From an uncultured virus (IMG/VR IMGVR_UViG_3300043932_000239) (lineage: Duplodnaviria > Heunggongvirae > Uroviricota > Caudoviricetes), in IMG/VR virus record IMGVR_UViG_3300043932_000239: a DNA stretch of 64,000 nt; one strand, 5' to 3'. Shown in pieces: positions 36,202-45,555 of the stretch. The number at the start of each line of letters is the position of its first letter. The first letter of the stretch is position 1. Made by a program: the position numbers and the translations under genes. The notes under the pieces are model-generated. The model worked only from the letters and a program-made list of their open reading frames with translations. It ran no database searches and was not told the origin of the DNA.

Positions 36202-37360
36202 GAGCGTTCACCGCCTTCCGAAGAGCATCCACGTGACTGGAGGTGGATTCCCAACGAAGCCCCGAGTTTCCGAAATGTCCGTAGGTCGAATAGCGGGCGA
36301 ACCCTGGGCTGCGAAGACCGAGAGTGTCGATGATCGCGCCCGGGCGAAGCGGAAACACATCCTGCACTGCGGCGGCCAGCGCCTCGTCCGGGACGGTGCC
36401 GGTCCCGTAGGTGTCGACCTGGACGGCGACGGGGTCGGCTTTCCCGATCGCATACGAAATCCCCACCTGGCAACGCGCCGCGAGTCCCGCGTCGACGATG
36501 GTCTTGGCGATCAGACGGGCCATGTACGCGCCAGACCGGTCAACCTTCGAGGCGTCCTTGCCAGAAAACGCGCCACCACCATGGGGGCCAAGCCCACCGT
36601 AGGTGTCAACCATGAGCTTGCGCCCGGTCAGGCCCGTGTCTGCTGCAGGCCCACCCACAACGAACCGGCCCGAGGGGTTGATGAGCACCTGCGTGTCTGC
36701 GCTGATCGGCAGGTACGGCTTGCATGCGGGGGCGATGATCTGGGTTTTCACCTCAGCCGCCAACTCGCCCATGTCCTTGCTGTGCTCGTGTTGGATGGAC
36801 ACGACCACCGTGTCCACCGCCACTGGCGTCCCCTCGTCGTCGTAACGGATGCTCACTTGGGCTTTGCCGTCCGACCTGATCCCACTGATGGAGCCGTCCT
36901 TGCGGGCGTTGTCGAGGCGAACGCAAATGTCGTGGGAAAGAGCCAGCGGCAAGGGCAGGCGCTTGTCGGTCTCCGTGGTGGCATACCCGTAGACGGTGCC
37001 CTGATCCCCAGCACCCTGCAGGGCGAACTCCGTGTCCTCACCGAAACGGGCCTCGAGAGAGCGGGACACGCCTGCGTCAATGTCGGCGGACTGGCGGTGA
37101 ACCCACACGAAAATGAGGAACCGCCACGGCGCATAGCCAGCCGCAGCCAAAGCCTGGCGGACAGAGTCACGAATACGAGGACGGCGGGAGGTGGTGATTT
37201 CACCGGTGACGATAATGCGCCTGCCCGATGCCATCACCTCCACCGCGACCCGAGCAGACCTGTCCTCATAGAGAATGTCGTCGAGGATCTGGTCGGCGAT
37301 CAGATCGCACAGTTTGTCAGGGTGGCCAACGCACACGGCCTCAGCAGTTCGAACAGGCAT
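36173..37360 (-). CDS. metK: S-adenosylmethionine synthetase (phage-encoded)
   Basis: GHPDKLCD, GAGDQG, DGKAQV, NPSGRFVVGGP..DTGLTGRK, GGGAFSGKD.SKVDRS, YGHFG. Confidence 0.95.
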   Translation of the reverse strand: MPVRTAEAVCVGHPDKLCDLIADQILDDILYEDRSARVAVEVMASGRRIIVTGEITTSRRPRIRDSVRQALAAAGYAPWRFLIFVWVHRQSADIDAGVSRSLEARFGEDTEFALQGAGDQGTVYGYATTETDKRLPLPLALSHDICVRLDNARKDGSISGIRSDGKAQVSIRYDDEGTPVAVDTVVVSIQHEHSKDMGELAAEVKTQIIAPACKPYLPISADTQVLINPSGRFVVGGPAADTGLTGRKLMVDTYGGLGPHGGGAFSGKDASKVDRSGAYMARLIAKTIVDAGLAARCQVGISYAIGKADPVAVQVDTYGTGTVPDEALAAAVQDVFPLRPGAIIDTLGLRSPGFARYSTYGHFGNSGLRWESTSSHVDALRKAVNARADHTNGDQ

Positions 37361-37448
37361 ACACACACTCACCTTCCACATCGGGCATGGACAAGAACGA
37401 AAAGCGCCCACCCCGCGAGGGGCAGACGCACAGAAAAAGAGAGCAGGG

Positions 37449-38024
37449 TTAGGACGTGGCTTTCAACAAACGCTCCATCACCTCATCGCCAGGCGTGGGG
37501 CCGGAATAGTCGGCGGTCGTGTTCGCGCGGACAATCTCGAAAATCTCATACCAGTACACGTTGGCCTGCTTACCGAACGACTGAGACATAGCAACGAACG
37601 GCGATGCGATCGCAGCGCCCGTCGTTGGGTGCTTACCCAGCAGGCCGAACTTAGAGATCGCCTGCTCGCACTGGACGTAGCGGGCAAACGCCTGAGCGTA
37701 TTGTTCGATGAGGCGTTTGGACACGAACTGCGAACAGCCACGATCGTCTAACCACTGCCACGTCTCCCGATACACAATGTCCGCACCCAAAACGCTGCCA
37801 TCGCGCTGCTCAGCTGACAGGTAGTCGTCCGGCTCTGGCATCGGCTCACCCGCCAACACGGCACCGTTACCAATGTCGGTGCCATCCAGATCGAAGACGT
37901 CCAACTCGGCAGGTGTAGTCATTCGCTTGGCGGGTTTACCGGCGGCGAGCTTCTCATTCAGCGGGTCAGGTTTTGCACCGGCTCGCACGCGCCTTCCTCC
38001 ACGATTCGTTCCATCCTTGGCCAT
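37449..38024 (-). CDS. terS: Terminase small subunit (P27 family)
   Basis: MAKDGTNRGGRR.RAGAK, YAQAFARYVQCE, GKHPTTG..IASPFV. Confidence 0.85.
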   Translation of the reverse strand: MAKDGTNRGGRRVRAGAKPDPLNEKLAAGKPAKRMTTPAELDVFDLDGTDIGNGAVLAGEPMPEPDDYLSAEQRDGSVLGADIVYRETWQWLDDRGCSQFVSKRLIEQYAQAFARYVQCEQAISKFGLLGKHPTTGAAIASPFVAMSQSFGKQANVYWYEIFEIVRANTTADYSGPTPGDEVMERLLKATS

Positions 38025-38085
38025 GGGTGTTCCTCGCAGCCCTGCAGATCACTTGAAACATAGAATTCCTGGTAAGGAGGTGATC

Positions 38086-38949
38086 ATGGCAGGCAAAATC
38101 ATTAGTCCGAGGACTCGGAGTGCTTTTCGAGTCCTCATTACTGAATCGACGTTGCGAAAGATTCGCACCGCATTTGAAGACGAAGGGTTTTCTCCCGTTC
38201 CCGACCCTTCATTTCAGGACTCAAGTGAGCGTCGGACAACGGCGAATGAGTACATGAAAAGTGTGAATTGGTCCGACCATGGAGAATGTAGACGAGCGCT
38301 CAGAGCCATGGAGACCCTTCTCATTGAACTGTCGCCAGATTCGCGGGCTGGTGAGGTCCCACCGGGTTGGGGATCGTTCAAGCACGCCCTAAATGATGAT
38401 GGTTGGACGATCAGTGATGCGGGGATAATCTCGTCACTCGCTGGGCAAAATGAGCTGGCCGGGCTTCCAACTGACACCTTGCGTGACGCGAGTGCCATTC
38501 ACGAGCAGGTTGATCGCTTGCGCCGAAGTATGGACGACCCAGCGGCAGTTATTGGCTCAGCAAAAGAACTGATCGAATCAACTGCAAAAGTCATTCTGAA
38601 CGAGTTGGGTGTTCCCTTCGATCCAAATGAGAAATTCAACGCCCTCGTTAAGCAGGTGCAGACACAGCTCGGCCTCGACCCGGCCCGTACACAAGGAGTC
38701 GATGGAGAACAATCGACCAAACGCATCCTTGGGGGTGCATCAAATATTGCGCTTGGACTGAATGAACTCAGAAATGCTGGTCACGGAACTGGGCATGGCC
38801 AAGCAACCGCACGCACAGGATTGCACCCCAGGCACGCGCATCTTGCTGTAAACGCGGCCGCATTGTGGTGCGAGCTCGTCCTCGAAACCTTCCAAGACCC
38901 ACAGGCACCTTGGCGCACTTCTCACACCAGGGGTCAATACCCTGTTTGA
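38086..38949 (+). CDS. Abortive infection family protein (Abi_C C-terminal domain)
   Basis: ATG 38086 with AAGGAGG; DPAAVIGSAKELIESTAK.IL, NELRN..GTGHG, HAHLAVNAA; opposite strand, lower GC. Confidence 0.85.
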   Translation: MAGKIISPRTRSAFRVLITESTLRKIRTAFEDEGFSPVPDPSFQDSSERRTTANEYMKSVNWSDHGECRRALRAMETLLIELSPDSRAGEVPPGWGSFKHALNDDGWTISDAGIISSLAGQNELAGLPTDTLRDASAIHEQVDRLRRSMDDPAAVIGSAKELIESTAKVILNELGVPFDPNEKFNALVKQVQTQLGLDPARTQGVDGEQSTKRILGGASNIALGLNELRNAGHGTGHGQATARTGLHPRHAHLAVNAAALWCELVLETFQDPQAPWRTSHTRGQYPV

Positions 38950-39026
38950 TTCGGGTTCTTTGTGCGCGGTTGGCCCCGCCCGCTGAGGAGCAGACTCTTC
39001 GTAGAGATTCGATCCCCCTTACCCCT
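38940..39026 (-). other. Putative cos/packaging-initiation region
   Basis: Non-coding segment right after the HNH gene and upstream of terS (GGGGGATCGAATCTCTAC...GGGCGGGGCC..CGCGCACAAA); inferred from position. Confidence 0.45.
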
Positions 39027-39027
39027 C

Positions 39028-39414
39028 TCAGTAGGAGTACACCCGAGGGGCTTTCCTCCACCGATCATCGTCGAAAGCGGTTTGCCTAGAGTGGCAGGGT
39101 TTGCAAAGTGCGCGAAGATTCGAAAACGCATGCGTGCCACCGTGCTCGAGAGGCAGGACGTGGTGGACTTCCGCAGCCGGTGTTGCCCGGCCTGCTGCCA
39201 GGCAGTCCTCGCACAGTGGGTGGGCGGTGATGTAAGCGTTGCGGGTCTTGCGCCACCGGGAGTTGTAGCGGCGGTTGATCTTTGGGTCGCGTTGATAGGT
39301 CCGATAGCGTTTGTCCTCCGCTTTGGCGTGCGCTTCGCAGAAGCGACCCTCAGTGAGCTCAGGGCAGCCGGGTGCAGAGCAGGGGCGCTTCGGTTTTCTC
39401 GGCACCGGAATCAC
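39028..39414 (-). CDS. Packaging-associated HNH endonuclease
   Basis: PCSAPGC, HPLCEDC, EVHHVLPL..GGTH..SNL.ALCKPCH. Confidence 0.92.
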   Translation of the reverse strand: MIPVPRKPKRPCSAPGCPELTEGRFCEAHAKAEDKRYRTYQRDPKINRRYNSRWRKTRNAYITAHPLCEDCLAAGRATPAAEVHHVLPLEHGGTHAFSNLRALCKPCHSRQTAFDDDRWRKAPRVYSY

Positions 39415-39564
39415 CGCCCTCCAGAAGCGGGTCGACCCCCAGACGAGCTACTGAATCCGTCTGGGGGTCGAGACCTACTTTTCAACCACTTACATGGTCT
39501 CAGGCCTGTGGCGAGTTTTCCATCGCACGGTTCGGATACTGGTGCGCGCGAACTGCTGTGCGGC

Positions 39565-40023
39565 CTAGTGTTTTCCGTACAGGGCGTCGGCCAGCCGGTC
39601 CAGTGCCCGGTTTTTCTTGCGGTAGACGCTGTCACGCTCGATGTAGAAGTGCTCAGCGATCGCCATCACTCGCTCATCTTGGGTGCCTTCGGCGAGGAAG
39701 AAGCCCTCAAGCACTACCCTGTCATCCTCGGAGAGCAAGCCCCAGGCTGGCAGGAACCAGTCCATGTACTGGCGGGCTTGGTGTTGTCGTTCGGCCAGCA
39801 GGTCGATCTTGTCCAACGTGGCAGCCAGCCGGTTCTCACCAGCACGCGGATCGGTATGCCGGGGCATCCCATCGAGCCTGGGCGAGGCCGGGCTGGTCAG
39901 GTCTTCGCGCAGCTGGTCGGCCACGTGGCTGGTGGCTTCGACGGCTGCTTCCATGAGGGGGAAGTCTTGCAGGGCGGCGATCGCGGCCTTGCGAGTATCG
40001 ATGTACTTGGTCATCACATGCAT
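39565..40023 (-). CDS. Putative late transcriptional activator (sigma region 4/ArpU/RinA-like)
   Basis: WFLPAW..LSEDDR.VLE.FF...IAEHFYIER.SVYRKKNRAL; position before HNH/terS. Confidence 0.65.
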   Translation of the reverse strand: MHVMTKYIDTRKAAIAALQDFPLMEAAVEATSHVADQLREDLTSPASPRLDGMPRHTDPRAGENRLAATLDKIDLLAERQHQARQYMDWFLPAWGLLSEDDRVVLEGFFLAEGTQDERVMAIAEHFYIERDSVYRKKNRALDRLADALYGKH

Positions 40024-41378
40024 GAGGCACGCTCCTTCAGTTCGGTGGTCACCGCGTCGATGAGCGCGGATTGAATGTCGTCCTTTGATTCGAGGGCAGC
40101 CAGCACTGCCTCATCGAGGGTGTGCTCTGCCACCAGGTGCGTGATCGTGACCGGCTCGGTTTGACCTTGACGGTGGAGGCGGGCGTTCGTCTGCTGGTAG
40201 AGCTCCAGGCTCCAGGTCAGGGAGAACCAGACGAGCAGGCTCCCTCCCGATTGCAGGTTGAGTCCGTGCCCGGCGCTTGCTGGGTGGATCAGCGCAAGAG
40301 GGATCTCACCCTGGTTCCACTCGGCGATATCAGCGCTGGTGGTGAGTTCACGGGCATGCGGAAAGCGAGCCGTGATGCGTTGCCTGTCGTGTTTGAACCA
40401 GTACGCCACCAGGAGGGGCTGACCGTTCGCGGCCTCGATGAGGTCTTCGAGCGCGTCGAGTTTGCGGCTGTGAACTTCCACTACCTCGCCGTGTTCGTCG
40501 TAGATCGCTCCCGATGCGAGTTGCAGGAGCTTGCCGGATAGCGCGGCAGCGTTGGCGGCGTCGATGACCCGTCCGTTAAGGTCGAGGACCATCTCGTCGC
40601 GCAGCTGCTCGTAGACCTTGCGCTCTGTGGATTCGAGGGCCACGGTGTGGGTGGTGATGGTGAGTTCGGGTAACTGCAGGTGGTCGGTGGTTCGCATCGA
40701 CAACGTCATGTCCGAGATGGCTTCGTAGATTTCTTCTTCGGCACCGGGGCGGGGCTTGTAGGTGAAGACCTGCTGTCCGTCGCGTCTGTCGGGTACGAAC
40801 CAGCGGTTGCGGTAGTGGCTGATGAACCTGCCGAGGCGTTGTCCTTCGTCGAGGAGGCGGAACTGCGCCCACAAGTCCATCAGCCCATTCGAGGCTGGGG
40901 TGCCGGTCAGGCCCACGATCCGGTTGATCTTTGGGCGGACGTTGGCGAGGGCTGTGAAGCGCTGCGCCCGGTGGTTCTTGAAGGATGAGAGTTCGTCGAT
41001 AACGACCATGTCGAACGGCCAGGCCGTGCCAAGGTGGCGCACGAGCCACGGCACGTTTTCGCGGTTGATGACGGTCACCATCGCCTCGGCGGCGAGCGCG
41101 TCCAGCCGCTGGGCTTTCGACCCGACGGCGACAGCAATGGTGAGCCCTGCCAGGTGATCCCATTTGGTGGCTTCGGCAGGCCAGGTGTCACGTGCCACCC
41201 GCAGTGGCGCGACGACGAGGACCCTGCGGGCCTGGAAGGAGTCCAGCAGCAGGTTCCACATGGCCGTCAAGGTGATGACGGTCTTGCCCAGGCCCATGCC
41301 GAGCAGGATCGCTGCCTGCGGGTGCTCTTCGACGAACGCGGTGGCATGTTCTTGGTAGTTATGCGGCGTATAGCGCAT
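40014..41378 (-). CDS. Phage SNF2-like helicase
   Basis: MGLGKT, IDELSSFK, GLTGTP, GHGLNLQ, QTNARLHRQGQ. Confidence 0.93.
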   Translation of the reverse strand: MRYTPHNYQEHATAFVEEHPQAAILLGMGLGKTVITLTAMWNLLLDSFQARRVLVVAPLRVARDTWPAEATKWDHLAGLTIAVAVGSKAQRLDALAAEAMVTVINRENVPWLVRHLGTAWPFDMVVIDELSSFKNHRAQRFTALANVRPKINRIVGLTGTPASNGLMDLWAQFRLLDEGQRLGRFISHYRNRWFVPDRRDGQQVFTYKPRPGAEEEIYEAISDMTLSMRTTDHLQLPELTITTHTVALESTERKVYEQLRDEMVLDLNGRVIDAANAAALSGKLLQLASGAIYDEHGEVVEVHSRKLDALEDLIEAANGQPLLVAYWFKHDRQRITARFPHARELTTSADIAEWNQGEIPLALIHPASAGHGLNLQSGGSLLVWFSLTWSLELYQQTNARLHRQGQTEPVTITHLVAEHTLDEAVLAALESKDDIQSALIDAVTTELKERASCM

Positions 41379-41637
41379 CGGCCACCTCCTTCACCCCGGC
41401 CAGCGAATCAACGACGTGCACGTCAACCCCGTGGTCACGCAGCTGCTGGATACGGCGATGTTGGATGGGGCGTGGGACGCGCCCGGGTGCTTTGAGCTCA
41501 ACGAAGATGACGCGTCCTGCGTAGATGCAGATACGGTCCGGTACCCCTGCGGTGCCGGGGGATGTGAACTTCCAGCACAGCCCGCCCATCGCATCAACGG
41601 CTGCCCTGAGGTGCTGTTCGATCGTGTGTTCATTCAT
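41359..41637 (-). CDS. VRR-NUC domain nuclease
   Basis: E..IE..L, SPGTAGVPDR, FVELKAPG..PRPIQ. Confidence 0.9.
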   Translation of the reverse strand: MNEHTIEQHLRAAVDAMGGLCWKFTSPGTAGVPDRICIYAGRVIFVELKAPGRVPRPIQHRRIQQLRDHGVDVHVVDSLAGVKEVADALYAA

Positions 41638-41663
41638 GATGGTTCCTCTTTCGTGGGACCCTC

Positions 41664-41757
41664 ATGACGACCTATGACGATGCGATATGGACTTTTCTAT
41701 AGGGCTAGTTTTTATGCCCTATAGGAAACTTACATATGGGTCGTCATAGGTCGTCAT
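41664..41757. repeat. 94-bp AT-rich nested palindrome, putative phage replication origin
   Basis: Perfect 17-bp IR ATGACGACCTATGACGA / TCGTCATAGGTCGTCAT; inner 12/13 IR TTTTCTATAGGGC / GCCCTATAGGAAA; just downstream of the primase. Confidence 0.8.
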
Positions 41758-41771
41758 AAGGCTCGTCTGGC

Positions 41772-44036
41772 TTAGTTGTCGAACTCGTTTTTCAGGGCGA
41801 GACCATGAACGAACATGCCGTGCATCGTCTTTTTCCTCGTGAACCCGTGGTATTCGACGGTGGCGTTGAAATCAACCATGGGACGTGCCCAGCCGGAGGT
41901 GGACATCGCCCACGCCCGATAGGCCTGATACAAATCCCCAGCCCGTTCCGAGAGCCCATCGTCGACGTCGCAGTGAGCGTCGAGGAACTGGGCGAACCAG
42001 TTGTTCTCTTCCCGATACGCCGCTGATGCCGCCACCACCCGCGGCGGGGGCTTGAGGTGATAGTCCTCGGCGTGGATGAGGCGCGCGCCCTCCATAATCC
42101 ACGTCAAGATCGCCCCGCCAGCTTCCCGGTAGAGGTGGTCTGCGTAGTTCTTGATGTCGCTGGTGCCGTCGATCTTCGCCTCGAACGGGATAACGATGAG
42201 CCGCCTCCAAATGCCCGCATCCATCGCACCCACTCGCGGGAGATGGTTCGTGTAGAGGATGAGCGTGTGGGACGGGGTAAACGCGAACGGCGCCTTGTAT
42301 TTCTTCTCCGCATAGATCTGGTCGGTTGAAGCGAGCTGTTTGACCACGGAGGTGGACATGCGTACGCCTTCTTCGGACTCGGCAGAGATGATGAGGCGTT
42401 TGCCTTTGGCCTCGGCGAGCTCGGGTTTGACGTTGCGGATCCCACCGATCGTGAGCACATCAGCGCTCATGTTGCCTGCGTAGGTGCCCAGCACCCGGGC
42501 GATCGTGTTCCAGAAGGTCGATTTGCCATTGCGGCCATCCCCGTAGGCGATCACCAAGGCTTCGACCATGACCTGCCCGATCGCGGCCAACCCGACGATG
42601 CGCTGCACATAGTCGATGAGCTCCTGGTCACCTTGGAAAAACACCTCGAGAGCCTGGGCCCAGATCTCGCTACCGTTGGTGTCGGGATCGAGGCTGGTCT
42701 GCTTGGTCGCCAAATCAGCAGGGTCGTGATCTCGTCTGCTGGCCGGGCCGACTCGAAGGTCGTAGGTGCCCGAAGGAGTATTGAGCAGGTACGGGTCAGT
42801 GTCTAACTGTTCAGGAGTGGTGAGCAACATGGGGCGTGCCTCGCGTAGACAGTTGGTGATCCCGCGCGATTCCCTGCGTTTCAAGGCGTAGGCCGCGTAG
42901 GCTTTCGCATCCTCGAACGCAGCGAACGCCTCCCGCTGAGCCTGGTTGAACATGGTCTGGGCTTTCGCCTTCGACATCGACCCGAGCAGTGTGGCCGCTC
43001 CTGTCGCAGCGAGCTGGTCTTTGGCGTCTTCGAGCAGCGCCTGGGCCTCGGCGAGTTGACGCTCGGTGAGCTCCTGGGCGACCGCCTGGGCGGCCGGGGC
43101 CGATTCGTACCAGACACCGCCGTAATAGACGAGCCAGTCGGTGGCTTCCGAGTAGCGCAGCGTGTCCGGGTAGGCGTTGCGCAACACTTCTGCTTGACCG
43201 ACGTCGGAGTAGTCACCGGGCCGCACCGATTCCAGGCTCGCTTCATAATCCTCTGGCGGCAGATACCCAGGCTGATCCTCGACGGTCTTGGCGAAGCGGG
43301 TGGCTGACCGCCAGATCGACTCGACCTCAGCCTCGGGCAGTGGCGGGTTGCATCGGGCGGCCTTGCGATCAAACAAGGCGCGTGCCTCATCGGTCAGGCC
43401 GAGGCGAATGAGGAGCCTGCCAGCGAATCTCGACAGGGTCGCGTTGCGAGAGCCCTCCTCGATGGCCTGCGTGGCGTCGTCCCATTGAGCAAACGCGTCC
43501 TCACCCAGGGTGTCGGCAAGCCAGGCGTCGATGGTGCGTTCGCCCTCGACCACGGTGATCTGCGGGGTGGCGTGGCCGTAGATGAAGCGTCCAGCGTCGA
43601 TCGCGTTGGAGTCAAAGAACTCGAACCTGGCGGCGAGCTGCCTTTTCGCTCCCGCGTAGGCTTCAGCGTCGCTCACGGGGTCGATCGGGAAGTAGACGTG
43701 GAATCGCGGCCTGGCCGACTGGGTGCCTTTCGCTTTCTGGTGGTTGCGGCTGGTGGCGGTCATGAACGCCACCCCGGACAACAGGTCAGCTAGCGAATCC
43801 GGCGTGACCCACTGGGCGGGGTTGTCGGTATGTGAGTTGTCCACGTCCATGACGAGACAGTTCGAGGTCACGAAACTGCCAGCCGAGCGCCTGCCGCCCA
43901 CGTATTCGGCAACCACATGATCGAGCCGCGCGACAGTCTCGAGGTCGATGGAAGTGGTCACGATGTGCTGGTGTGGATAGTGGGTGTTGTTGTGTTGGCC
44001 CGCCACCGGGGCGGTGAACATCGTCATTGTCTTCAT
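41772..44036 (-). CDS. P4-family primase/SF3 helicase
   Basis: MDVDNSH, RPRFHVYFP, EGSRNATL (PriCT), LLNTPSGTYDL (D5_N), GDGRNGKST, TNHLP, WRRLIVIPF. Confidence 0.93.
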   Translation of the reverse strand: MKTMTMFTAPVAGQHNNTHYPHQHIVTTSIDLETVARLDHVVAEYVGGRRSAGSFVTSNCLVMDVDNSHTDNPAQWVTPDSLADLLSGVAFMTATSRNHQKAKGTQSARPRFHVYFPIDPVSDAEAYAGAKRQLAARFEFFDSNAIDAGRFIYGHATPQITVVEGERTIDAWLADTLGEDAFAQWDDATQAIEEGSRNATLSRFAGRLLIRLGLTDEARALFDRKAARCNPPLPEAEVESIWRSATRFAKTVEDQPGYLPPEDYEASLESVRPGDYSDVGQAEVLRNAYPDTLRYSEATDWLVYYGGVWYESAPAAQAVAQELTERQLAEAQALLEDAKDQLAATGAATLLGSMSKAKAQTMFNQAQREAFAAFEDAKAYAAYALKRRESRGITNCLREARPMLLTTPEQLDTDPYLLNTPSGTYDLRVGPASRRDHDPADLATKQTSLDPDTNGSEIWAQALEVFFQGDQELIDYVQRIVGLAAIGQVMVEALVIAYGDGRNGKSTFWNTIARVLGTYAGNMSADVLTIGGIRNVKPELAEAKGKRLIISAESEEGVRMSTSVVKQLASTDQIYAEKKYKAPFAFTPSHTLILYTNHLPRVGAMDAGIWRRLIVIPFEAKIDGTSDIKNYADHLYREAGGAILTWIMEGARLIHAEDYHLKPPPRVVAASAAYREENNWFAQFLDAHCDVDDGLSERAGDLYQAYRAWAMSTSGWARPMVDFNATVEYHGFTRKKTMHGMFVHGLALKNEFDN

Positions 44037-44476
44037 AGGGTGACCTCCTGGAAGTCGGCGTCGACATAGGTGACCGGCAGCTCGAGGTGGTGAGCCCAGT
44101 CGATCTCGGCACGCATCCCTGCCGAGACACGGGCCGTGTAGACCCAGATCGCCTCACACTTGCTGAGAAGAATCCGGTTGAAGAACATCGCCAGATCGCG
44201 CGCGTCCGCGTCGGTGTCGTCCATGAACTGCGGAAACAACAAATAGGGCGCGAGCGGAATCGTGTGGCGTGACACCGCGTGAGCACACAACGCTCGAGCC
44301 AGTTTCACGTTGTCCTCGACGTCCCCGGAGTATGGGGAGCAGATGTACACCAAGGGCCGGTAGCCGTACTCGGCGCGTTGCAGCTTTTTCAGCGCTTTGA
44401 ATGCGGTGGGGTCTGGGTAGCCCTCCACGTTGCGGGGCGAGAAACCGAGATCGATGGTGATAGCGGTCGAGGTCAT
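44033..44476 (-). CDS. DUF4406-like (nucleoside deoxyribosyltransferase-fold) protein
   Basis: RPLVYICSPYSGD, PLAP.LLFPQF, C..IWV...S.GM.AEI. Confidence 0.7.
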   Translation of the reverse strand: MTSTAITIDLGFSPRNVEGYPDPTAFKALKKLQRAEYGYRPLVYICSPYSGDVEDNVKLARALCAHAVSRHTIPLAPYLLFPQFMDDTDADARDLAMFFNRILLSKCEAIWVYTARVSAGMRAEIDWAHHLELPVTYVDADFQEVTL

Positions 44477-45240
44477 GCCACACCGCCGTCCTGCTCGATG
44501 ACCGGCAGCAGCCCGAACTGGTTCTTCAACAGGTCATAGACGAAAAGCCGTCCCTTCTGAGTCCAGTACATGTGCGTCCTGGTCTTGCCTTCGTCGTACT
44601 CGTGCGTATTGGATTGCGTGTATCCCTGCTCGGCGAACTTGGCGTAGAGGAACCAGCGGCCGGACTGTTTGAACTGGACTCCAGCGTCGCGCAGCAGTGA
44701 GTTCAGCTTCTTTGCTGATAGCCCATAGTCCTTGGCGATCTCGGTGATGGTCAGTAGAGAATCCGACTCGAGTACCACGTCGTAGTAGGAGACTTTCGGG
44801 GCGGCCTCGAGCAGGGCTTGCTCGGCTGCCAGCCGCTTAGCCCGCTCGGCGCGGAGCTGGGTGAGGGCATGCTCGAGGAACTCGTCGTTGTCCAAGAGCT
44901 CGTCGATGGCGTAGACGCCGTGGCGGCGGAGCGTGGGCAGGACCTCGTCAACAACCCAAGCCTCGAAGTCCTGGGCGGCGGGGAGCTTGGAGGAGAAGAT
45001 CAGCCGGTACAGGTCACCTTCGGTGATGAACCGTGCATCTTGCGTGCGCCCGAGCGCATCGGTGATGGGGTGGTGAAATGCCACCCCACGTCCATGCTGC
45101 TTGATGGCATTGACTGGATCCTTGTACCCCAAGGCGATGGCCACATCACGGCCACAGAAAAAGACCTTGTCCTCGTGCTCGACAGTTCGGATGGTTCCGA
45201 AAGCGTCGTTGGTGAATACCTGAAGATCACTCGTAGCCAT
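44473..45240 (-). CDS. Phage antirepressor (BRO-N plus KilA-C/ANT)
   Basis: FGTIRTV...FCGRDVA.ALGY, ITEGDLYRLI..SKLP.A..FE.WV..EVLP; PKVSYYD, WTQKGRLF. Confidence 0.92.
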   Translation of the reverse strand: MATSDLQVFTNDAFGTIRTVEHEDKVFFCGRDVAIALGYKDPVNAIKQHGRGVAFHHPITDALGRTQDARFITEGDLYRLIFSSKLPAAQDFEAWVVDEVLPTLRRHGVYAIDELLDNDEFLEHALTQLRAERAKRLAAEQALLEAAPKVSYYDVVLESDSLLTITEIAKDYGLSAKKLNSLLRDAGVQFKQSGRWFLYAKFAEQGYTQSNTHEYDEGKTRTHMYWTQKGRLFVYDLLKNQFGLLPVIEQDGGVA

Positions 45241-45316
45241 GACTGGCTCCTTCTAAGAGCCAGGATTGACGTGAATTCCAGCAAGCCACGGGTGTGACCG
45301 CGTCGGGCTCTCACGC

Positions 45317-45347
45317 ATACGCCCCTGAACCTGCACGAATCCGGACA
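45317..45347 (-). promoter_or_regulatory. Promoter-like motif class A, TGTCCGG-N16-GGGCGTAT
   Basis: Exact boxes and spacing; intergenic, upstream of the antirepressor/primase operon. Confidence 0.75.
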
Positions 45348-45555
45348 CCGAGCACGAAGCAGTTGTGAGAGGCCGGAGTAACCCTGCTCATCCCCGACCG
45401 ACTAGCAGACAGGCCTGCCGCTGTGGTCGAAGCGACCGTGACGCAGGCGCAGCGATGATTGGACGAGCAGATGGCCCTGGTTGGAACTGCGAGCGCCGCC
45501 GCAACCCACGCCCACTAGCCCGAGGCCGCTTTGAGCTGGTGCGTGAGCATTGGAC

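Noticed and set aside
37873..38085. Upstream extension of the Abi ORF
   Set aside because: Overlaps terS antisense; RBS supports ATG 38086
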